Source: a bacterium
Lineage (GTDB): Bacteria; Patescibacteriota; Patescibacteriia; UBA9934; GWF2-40-263
Direction of reading: 5' to 3'
Assembly (NCBI GenBank): GCA_020051955.1
Contig: JAGVQB010000014.1
Span: forward strand, 1-47,531
Length of the DNA: 47,531 nt
The notes below the pieces were generated by a model that searched no databases, was not told the DNA's origin, and worked only from the letters and a program-made list of their open reading frames with translations. Positions within the stretch are counted from its first letter, which is position 1. The number at the start of each line of letters is the position of its first letter. Made by a program: the position numbers and the translations under genes. Shown piece by piece: positions 6,465-13,298 of this stretch.

Positions 6465-8228
6465 ATGACAACAAGTAGATGGCGTTCATCTTCGAACCTT
6501 GACCTCCGTCTCGAAGTATTTCGTTACGGGTTGGTTTTGTTCGCGGCGATTATTATTTTGAAACTCGCGTACCTTCAGATTTTTCAACACGGATTTTATT
6601 CCACGTTAGCCAGCGGACAACGCGAGCTTTTTGAGGAGCTTATTCCAGAGCGTGGGGACATATTAGTGCATGATTACAAAGACGAGACAACGCTTCCAAT
6701 CGCCACGAATCAGAAACTCGCGTTTGTGTACGCTGACCCACGGCTTGTTGTTAATCTAGATAATACGTCGCAAGCGTTGGGTAAGATTCTTGGATATGAC
6801 GAGGCGACCATTGACGCGCTTAAAGAACGCTTGGATCAGCCCGCGGATCCGTACGAGCCGATTGCGCGTGAGATCAGCGAAGAGACGCTCTCACAAATTC
6901 TCACGCTCGAGATTCCCGGCGTTTCCTACGTCCGCGAATCCTCCCGTTTATATCCAGAGCCAGAAATGGGCGGTCATGTTGTTGGGTTTCTTGGAACTAA
7001 CGAGGACGGGAGTACATCTGGTAAATATGGAGTTGAAGGTTTTTTTGATGGGGATCTTGCTGGCACGCGCGGGTCTCTAATGTCTGAGCGAGATGTGGCG
7101 GGCAGACTTATTGCTGTCGCGCAAAGTGAATTGATCCCAGCGGTTGACGGCGCGGACATCTTGCTTACGATCGATCGCACGATTCAGTACAAAGCCTGTT
7201 CCGCGCTCAAGTCCGCCGTACAAAAACACGGCGCGGACGGCGGGAGCGTTGTCATTGTCGTTCCGCAGACGGGTCACATACTCGCGATGTGTGGCATGCC
7301 TGATTACGATCCAAACATTTACAACGAAGTGGACTCGATAAACATTTTTAACAACCCAGCGATTTTTGCCGCGTACGAACCGGGTTCGATTTTCAAGCCT
7401 ATGACAATGGCCGCGGCGATTGACGCGTCCGCCGTTGAACCTAATACGACTTTCACTGACACAGGGTCCGTGATGGTTGATGGGTGGCCAAAACCAATTG
7501 GTAACGCGGAAGGAAAAGTTTATGGCACTGTTGATATGACGACTGTTTTGGAAGAGTCGATCAACACCGGAATGATTTTTTCAATGAGGCAGATGGGGAT
7601 GGATGTTTTTGAAAAGTACGTGAAGAGTTTTGGTTTTGGTGTTGGCACTGGTATTGAGCTGGAGACCGAGGCGCACGGGGACATTTCCTCGCTTGATGAG
7701 GCGGCGGAGATTTATGCCGCGACCGCGGCGTTTGGACAAGGGATTTCTGTCACGCCATTGCAGATCGTAATGGCGTACGCGGCGATCGCGAACGGCGGGA
7801 TTTTGAAGAGCCCGATAATTGTTGATGAAATACATCGCGCTGATGGTACGGTTGAGAAGCGCGTGAGCCGCGACGTCGCGCAGGTGATCGATTCCAAAAC
7901 CGCGCGCACTATTTCAGCGATGCTTGTGTCTGTTATCGAGCATGGGCACGGCAAGCGTGCGGCAGTGTCGGGATATTACATCGCGGGTAAAACCGGCACA
8001 GCGCAGGTGGCGCGCACAAATGGAATTGGGTATGAGCAGGATAATACGATTGGTTCATTCGCTGGTTTTGGACCAGTGGAAGACCCAAAGTTCGCGATGG
8101 TTGTGCGAATTGATAATCCCAAGGACGTGGTATGGGCGGAGTCTACTGCCGCGCCATTGTTTGGGGAGATCGCGGAGTTTCTGTTACAGTATTTTGAGGT
8201 GGTACCGGTTAGGAAGGGGGGAGATTAG
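6465..8228 (+). CDS. ftsI: class B penicillin-binding protein (FtsI/PBP2-type transpeptidase)
   Basis: N-terminal TM segment, plus SxxK (GSIFKP), SxN (ESINTG) and KTG (GKTGTA) motifs. Confidence 0.9.
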   Translation: MTTSRWRSSSNLDLRLEVFRYGLVLFAAIIILKLAYLQIFQHGFYSTLASGQRELFEELIPERGDILVHDYKDETTLPIATNQKLAFVYADPRLVVNLDNTSQALGKILGYDEATIDALKERLDQPADPYEPIAREISEETLSQILTLEIPGVSYVRESSRLYPEPEMGGHVVGFLGTNEDGSTSGKYGVEGFFDGDLAGTRGSLMSERDVAGRLIAVAQSELIPAVDGADILLTIDRTIQYKACSALKSAVQKHGADGGSVVIVVPQTGHILAMCGMPDYDPNIYNEVDSINIFNNPAIFAAYEPGSIFKPMTMAAAIDASAVEPNTTFTDTGSVMVDGWPKPIGNAEGKVYGTVDMTTVLEESINTGMIFSMRQMGMDVFEKYVKSFGFGVGTGIELETEAHGDISSLDEAAEIYAATAAFGQGISVTPLQIVMAYAAIANGGILKSPIIVDEIHRADGTVEKRVSRDVAQVIDSKTARTISAMLVSVIEHGHGKRAAVSGYYIAGKTGTAQVARTNGIGYEQDNTIGSFAGFGPVEDPKFAMVVRIDNPKDVVWAESTAAPLFGEIAEFLLQYFEVVPVRKGGD

Positions 8229-8356
8229 AGAAGTCCCCCTCCTTCCCAAGGAGGGGTCAGGGGAGGTTGCCTGAATCTTTCATATCGGCAACCCCCCTTT
8301 ATCCCCCCTCTACCTTCGCCAAGGCTTCGGTGGACAGGTTGGGAAGGGGGGAGATT
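8212..8356. repeat. cluster of three Rep-D pieces (terminal fragment, short inverted copy, full + copy)
   Basis: The three pieces are 8212-8226 ggaaggggggagatt, 8234-8273 (short inverted copy) and 8288-8356 (full copy ggcaacccccctttatcccccctctaccttcgccaaggcttcggtggacaggttgggaaggggggagatt). Confidence 0.85.
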
Positions 8357-8369
8357 CATAAAAAACTCT

Positions 8370-9653
8370 ATGAAAAAACTTATCCAACGTCTCATCACTC
8401 TTAAAGCCAAAAAACTTCTTGCCACGCACCAGCCCTTGGTGATCGCGGTGACTGGGTCAGTAGGCAAGACTAGCGTGCGCAACGCGATCGCCACGGTCTT
8501 GAGCGCGAAGTTTAGCGTGCGCGAGACAATCAAAAATTATAATAACGAGTTTGGCGTGCCGCTCACGGTACTTGGCGCGAAGTCACCTGGTAAATCAATT
8601 TTTGGGTGGTTGAAAATTTTGTTGGCAAGTCCACGCGCTGTCCCACAAGTTTTTGTGCTCGAGTATGGCATTGATCGGCCAGGCGACATGGAATACCTGT
8701 GCGACATAGCCGCGCCAAAGATTTCTGTTCTCACGCGTCTGTCGAGCGTGCACGCGGAGTTCTTTGCGTCCGTGGAAGCGCTCGCTGAAGAAAAGGCGGG
8801 CCTGCTTTCGCGCACCGCGAGTGACGGCTTGTGTGTCTTGAACGCTGACGACCCACATGTAATCGGCGTGAGTGGTCATGCAAAGGCTCCAGTTCTCACA
8901 TACGGCTTTTCGCAAAACGCTGTTGTGCGCGCCACTGACTATCGTCTGGACACACGCGCGGATTTTTCTTTTGAGCCAGGCGAACGTTTCAGTCTCGCGA
9001 GCGTCAAAGTCACAACTCAAGACGGTGATCAATTCGAGATCCAACTTGAAAACGTGTTGGGACAAGCGAACGTCGCGTCTGTGCTCCCCGCGATCGCGAT
9101 CGCCAAGCACTTGGGTCTCACCCATGAGCAGATTCTTTCCAAGATTTCAGAGATCGTCTTTGAACCTGGTCGAATGAATCCTATTCCAGGAGTAAAAGGC
9201 TCGCTCATCATCGACTCTTCCTACAACGCCGCGCCCGCCTCTATGGTCGCGGCGCTGGATGTTCTTCAAGAGTTTGTGACCGCGCAAGGTGCGCGTCGTG
9301 TCGCCGTGCTTGGACCAATGGCAGAGCTTGGCAGTGTAAGCGAACAGGAACATCGAATGCTTGGTTTGCGAGTCGCTGAGGCGGGCGTTGATTTGTTGGT
9401 AACGGTTGGGGAGTTAAGCAGAAATACTCGCAGGGCCGCGATTGAGGCTGGGATTCCAGAAGCGCAAACGCAACATTTTGATACTTCTCTGGACGCTGGT
9501 CGCTGGTTAGATTCCCAGGTTCGCAAAGGTGATATTGTACTTGTTAAGGGGTCGCAGTCAGCACGAATGGAACGAGTTGTAAAAGATGTGATGGCTGAAC
9601 CTTTGCGCGCTGGTGAATTGTTGGTTAGGCAGGAGAATGGGTGGCAAGGTTAG
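8370..9653 (+). CDS. murF: UDP-N-acetylmuramoyl-tripeptide--D-alanyl-D-alanine ligase
   Basis: Mur ligase P-loop VIAVTGSVGKTS and overall MurF-like layout, positioned after ftsI. Confidence 0.85.
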   Translation: MKKLIQRLITLKAKKLLATHQPLVIAVTGSVGKTSVRNAIATVLSAKFSVRETIKNYNNEFGVPLTVLGAKSPGKSIFGWLKILLASPRAVPQVFVLEYGIDRPGDMEYLCDIAAPKISVLTRLSSVHAEFFASVEALAEEKAGLLSRTASDGLCVLNADDPHVIGVSGHAKAPVLTYGFSQNAVVRATDYRLDTRADFSFEPGERFSLASVKVTTQDGDQFEIQLENVLGQANVASVLPAIAIAKHLGLTHEQILSKISEIVFEPGRMNPIPGVKGSLIIDSSYNAAPASMVAALDVLQEFVTAQGARRVAVLGPMAELGSVSEQEHRMLGLRVAEAGVDLLVTVGELSRNTRRAAIEAGIPEAQTQHFDTSLDAGRWLDSQVRKGDIVLVKGSQSARMERVVKDVMAEPLRAGELLVRQENGWQG

Positions 9654-9678
9654 GGCGCGAGGATTATTCATTCATTGA

Positions 9679-9708
9679 GTCTCGTCTTGCCAAGGACGAG
9701 ACTTTTGT
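9679..9708 (+). terminator. rho-independent terminator after murF
   Basis: agtctcgtc-ttgccaag-gacgagact followed by TTTT. Confidence 0.75.
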
Positions 9709-9759
9709 ATATCCTGTGCATTTGTCTGACTCAACCTGAAGTTGCGGAGGGACGCTGAA

Positions 9760-10698
9760 ATGGAATCGGAAGAGAAGAGCGAGGAGGATGGTGGATTCGT
9801 GCAGACAGTGAGGGGGGAGAGGATCGCGGCGAGGATTGTTACTGAGAGAGAGCGCCATGTGATTCTTCGCACGCGAGACGGGCAAGCGGCAAAGATAGTG
9901 AAGGGTTCAGGGGACAGAACTCTTCGCACGCTGGAGAGCATCAGGGCGCGCAACAGGCGGATTCGCAATTTGGCAGAGTGGAGGTATTTGCGAGGCAAGA
10001 CGCACCCTGGGCTATTGCGTGTCGGCGAGAGAGTCGTGGACGCGCGGCGTGACGAAGGGTTCCTGTGTGAGTGGCTTGATACGCCATCGCTGGCGGCAGA
10101 ACCCGCGTTCGTTTCTTCAATGGAGTCCTATTTGTGCAGTGCGATCGTTCTCGCGCAGGCCGCTGGCGAGCTTCATCGCGACGGATACGTCCACGGTGAC
10201 ATCACGCCTGCCAACGCGTGTTTGCGTGATGGCGTGCCAGTGCTCATTGACTTTGAGATGTCTATCAGGATCGGGCAGTACTTGTCAGATAATCCTGGTA
10301 GATTTAGTAACGTGTTTTCCGCAACGCCTTCGTGCTGTTCTCCCGAGCAGGTGCGTGGTCTGCGGATCTTTCCAACGTCTGATGTGTATTGCCTGGGACT
10401 GACGTTCTTGTCGTGGGTGAGCGGTTACTCTGGTGTGTGGGGGGATGAGCAGACTGTCCAAAGAGCGCTTCGCATGTGTGGGCGCGCGCAGTACCCGTAC
10501 TGGGAGATCGTGGTTGAGCGGTTGGGGAATCTGGCGGTCGTTGATGTATTGCGACGGTCAATCTCGCTCAAGCCAAGGGATCGCTTCAAGGACGGATACG
10601 AGTTCGCGCTTGCTCTCGAAGACGCGCTCGACGCAATGAGCGTGGCAGATCGCGAGCGGCCGATCATGAAACCGTGTATCGGCAAGGCGCCTACGTAG
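9760..10698 (+). CDS. protein kinase-like protein (non-RD, HGD catalytic loop), GC-rich
   Basis: HGDITPAN (10192-10215; compare HRDxKxxN), LIDFEMS (compare DFG) and SPEQ...SDVYCLG (compare APE...D.WSxG). GGAGGG lies 8 nt before ATG 9760. No clear glycine loop. Confidence 0.6.
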   Translation: MESEEKSEEDGGFVQTVRGERIAARIVTERERHVILRTRDGQAAKIVKGSGDRTLRTLESIRARNRRIRNLAEWRYLRGKTHPGLLRVGERVVDARRDEGFLCEWLDTPSLAAEPAFVSSMESYLCSAIVLAQAAGELHRDGYVHGDITPANACLRDGVPVLIDFEMSIRIGQYLSDNPGRFSNVFSATPSCCSPEQVRGLRIFPTSDVYCLGLTFLSWVSGYSGVWGDEQTVQRALRMCGRAQYPYWEIVVERLGNLAVVDVLRRSISLKPRDRFKDGYEFALALEDALDAMSVADRERPIMKPCIGKAPT

Positions 10699-10702
10699 CT
10701 TT

Positions 10703-10730
10703 CCGACCCAAACGCAACGGGTCGGTTTTT
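10703..10730 (+). terminator. rho-independent terminator after the kinase-like gene
   Basis: ccgaccc-aaacgcaac-gggtcgg followed by TTTTT. Confidence 0.75.
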
Positions 10731-10740
10731 AGTACAAGAG

Positions 10741-10793
10741 ATTCGGTTATCTACAGATTACAGATTCTTACAGATTTACAGATTTTACAGATA
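10741..10793 (+). repeat. Rep-A solo copy
   Basis: attcggttatctacagattacagattcttacagatttacagattttacagatag. Identical to 2381-2443 apart from one missing heptamer unit. Confidence 0.9.
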
Positions 10794-10950
10794 GTGCGGG
10801 TGGGGGGGGGGGCCTATTGTCGTGGTTCGTGTTACCATCATTGGCGTGAAGACACAGATCCCCGTTGGCTAAATCGGTCAACGTACCCCCTAGGACGATG
10901 GTTCTAGGGGGAAATTGAGTATTTGGGAAAAAATTCAAATGGTGGTAGAA

Positions 10951-11120
10951 GAAAAAAATCCAAAACACAGGAACCAAAATCCAAATGGAGAGAGGGAAAA
11001 GATCCAAAGATCCAAAACCCAAAAATCCAAAAAGAAGAAGGATTAGGAATAGTAATGTTTGGATTTTGGACTTTGGGTTTTGGATTTTTTCCCCCTCTGT
11101 TTGGATCTTTGGATTTTTTG
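10951..11120. repeat. Rep-B copy (CCAAAAT/GGATTTT low-complexity rod hairpin)
   Basis: An A/C-rich arm (aaaaaaatccaaaac...atccaaaacccaaaaatccaaa) faces a complementary T/G-rich arm (tttggattttggactttgggttttggatttttt...). Related to 27769-27868 and 16046-16085. Confidence 0.8.
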
Positions 11121-11127
11121 CCGACGT

Positions 11128-13287
11128 ATGCCATTCACTCTCCATTCCATCTATAAACCCGCTGGCGACCAGCCCCTCGCGATCAATCAGCTGACTGCGA
11201 ATCTTTTAGCTGGCGAAAAGCACCAGACGCTCTTGGGCGTAACAGGATCTGGAAAAACTTTTACGATAGCCAACGTCATCGCGAATGTTCAACGACCCAC
11301 GCTCGTTATCGCTCACAACAAAACCCTCGCCGCCCAGCTGTGTAACGAGTTCCGCGAGTTTTTTCCAAACAACGCTGTTGAATACTTTGTGAGCTACTAC
11401 GACTATTACCAACCAGAGGCGTACCTCCCGCGCACTGATACGTACATCGAAAAAGAGTCGCAGATCAACGAGGAGATTGATCGCCTTCGTCACGCCGCAA
11501 CGCAGGCTGTGTTGTCTCGTCGTGATGTAATTATTGTCGCGAGCGTGTCGTGCATTTACGCGCTTGGCAGTCCGAAGGAGTATGAGAAGACAGTGCTACG
11601 TGTGAGGTTAGGGAACAGGAAACAGGGATTAGGGAACAGGGAACAGGGATTAGGGAACAGGGAACAGGGATTAGGGAACAGGAAACAGGGAGGGGAAGGG
11701 GTCGAAATTGATAGGAACACTCTCCTGCGCAAGCTCATCGAAATGCAATTCGAGCGCACGACCGCTGATCTCACGCGCGGACATTTTCGAGCACGGGGAG
11801 ATATTGTCGAGGTGATGCCAATGCAGGAGGAAGTTGTGTATCGTTTTGTGTTTGAGAATGAAACGATCGTCTCGATTCAGGCAATGGATCCTGTTACGCG
11901 AAAAATTCGCGAGGAGCTGAAGGACGTTTGGATATTTCCAGCTAAGCACTATGTCGTGTCTCAATCTCGCCAGGCACAAGCTCTGCGTGATATCCGTAGC
12001 GAGCTGAAGGAACAGCTCGAGCAATTTGATAAAGAGGGAAAAGTGCTTGAAGCCGAGCGCTTGTCTCGTCGGACGCGTTTTGATCTTGAGATGATCGCTA
12101 ACGTCGGGTATTGCTCTGGCATTGAAAACTACTCGCGCCATTTTGACGGTCGCGTTCCGGGCGCACCGCCGTATACGCTCATTGATTATTTCCCGAAAGA
12201 TTTTTTAACGATTATTGACGAGTCGCATGTAACCGTCCCGCAGATTGGAGGAATGTATAACGGAGATCGCGCGCGCAAGGACACATTGGTGGAACACGGG
12301 TTCAGGTTGCCAAGCGCGAAGGATAATCGTCCGCTGAAGTTCGTGGAGTTTGAGGATCGCGTTGGCCAGGTGGTTTTTGTGAGCGCAACACCAGGCAAGT
12401 ATGAGCACGAAAAGTGTCACCGACAACAGACATCCGACCCCCGACCACTGATTGTCGAGCAGATTATTAGGCCGACAGGGTTGGTGGATCCGAAGATTAG
12501 TGTGAGGAGGGTGACGGAGTTAGGGAACAGGGAACAGGGAACAGGGATTAGGGAACAGGTTGGGGAGAATATAGGACAAGTAGAGGATTTGATTCAGGAG
12601 ATTCAAAAACGTGTCGAGCGCAAGGAGCGTACGCTTGTTACGACCCTTACCAAAAAAATGGCAGAGAATCTTACGGAGTTTTTGATCGAGAAAGGCATCA
12701 AGGTTCAATACCTCCACTCTGATGTCCAGACGCTCGACCGCATCACAACGCTTTCTGATTTGCGACGCGGAGTATATGACGTGATAATCGGCGTGAATCT
12801 TTTACGCGAAGGGCTTGATCTTCCAGAGGTGACGCTCGTCGCGATTTTGGACGCGGACAAGGAAGGTTTTTTGCGATCCGAGACTTCTATCATTCAGACA
12901 ATCGGACGTGCCGCGCGCAACGTAAACGGCGAAGTTATTCTCTACGCTGATGTAATGACAGGTTCGCTCAAGCGTGCGATTGATGAAACGCAACGCCGCC
13001 GCAAGATCCAGTTGGCTTACAACAAGACGCACGGGATAACTCCAAAGACAATAGAAAAACAGATCAAAGACATTCGTGCGATGCTTAGCGGTGAGAAGTC
13101 AACGGAGGCCGTTCTCAAACTTGAGCTGACCGCGGAACCGCACGAAATCGAAGAGGTGATTCGCGAGAAGGAATCCGAGATGAAGGAAGCCGCGCGGAAA
13201 TTGGACTTTGAGACTGCTGCTATTTTGAGGGACGAGATAGTTATTCTCCGACAACGTCATCCCTCCTCACCCTCCTTCCCCTCCTAA
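11128..13287 (+). CDS. uvrB: excinuclease ABC subunit B
   Basis: [20 protein letters not shown] and DESHVT, with near-colinear similarity to E. coli UvrB (from memory). ATG 11128 (MPFTLHS) is preferred over track start 11059, which lies inside Rep-B. Confidence 0.95.
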   Translation: MPFTLHSIYKPAGDQPLAINQLTANLLAGEKHQTLLGVTGSGKTFTIANVIANVQRPTLVIAHNKTLAAQLCNEFREFFPNNAVEYFVSYYDYYQPEAYLPRTDTYIEKESQINEEIDRLRHAATQAVLSRRDVIIVASVSCIYALGSPKEYEKTVLRVRLGNRKQGLGNREQGLGNREQGLGNRKQGGEGVEIDRNTLLRKLIEMQFERTTADLTRGHFRARGDIVEVMPMQEEVVYRFVFENETIVSIQAMDPVTRKIREELKDVWIFPAKHYVVSQSRQAQALRDIRSELKEQLEQFDKEGKVLEAERLSRRTRFDLEMIANVGYCSGIENYSRHFDGRVPGAPPYTLIDYFPKDFLTIIDESHVTVPQIGGMYNGDRARKDTLVEHGFRLPSAKDNRPLKFVEFEDRVGQVVFVSATPGKYEHEKCHRQQTSDPRPLIVEQIIRPTGLVDPKISVRRVTELGNREQGTGIREQVGENIGQVEDLIQEIQKRVERKERTLVTTLTKKMAENLTEFLIEKGIKVQYLHSDVQTLDRITTLSDLRRGVYDVIIGVNLLREGLDLPEVTLVAILDADKEGFLRSETSIIQTIGRAARNVNGEVILYADVMTGSLKRAIDETQRRRKIQLAYNKTHGITPKTIEKQIKDIRAMLSGEKSTEAVLKLELTAEPHEIEEVIREKESEMKEAARKLDFETAAILRDEIVILRQRHPSSPSFPS
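11608..11700 (+). repeat. Rep-C array (GGGAACA/GGGATTA heptamers) in frame in uvrB
   Basis: ttagggaacaggaaacagggattagggaacagggaacagggatta..., translated as [31 protein letters not shown]. Confidence 0.95.
12520..12559 (+). repeat. Rep-C array, second in-frame copy in uvrB
   Basis: ttagggaacagggaacagggaacagggattagggaacagg, translated as [13 protein letters not shown]. Confidence 0.9.
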
Positions 13288-13298
13288 CCCTCCAGCAC

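Noticed and set aside
8225-8533. Minus-strand ORF 8225-8533
   Set aside because: It spans the Rep-D cluster and the 5' end of murF in antisense, with no independent support.
10768-11194. Four overlapping track ORFs on both strands across Rep-B (such as 10768-11145 minus and 10923-11156 plus)
   Set aside because: The translations are pure low complexity (KIQNPKIQ, FGFWIF) generated by the CCAAAAT/GGATTTT repeat. ORFs on both strands with no start context mark an open but non-coding repeat.
11625-11640. TTAGGG (vertebrate telomere hexamer) inside Rep-C
   Set aside because: It is only a by-product of the GGGATTA-GGGAACA junction. The context is bacterial genes, and there is no terminal position or long TTAGGG tract.
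11608-11700. Rep-C arrays as a possible CRISPR array
   Set aside because: The units are 7 nt (21-nt super-period) with no unique spacers. The arrays lie in frame inside conserved genes, and no cas genes are in the window.
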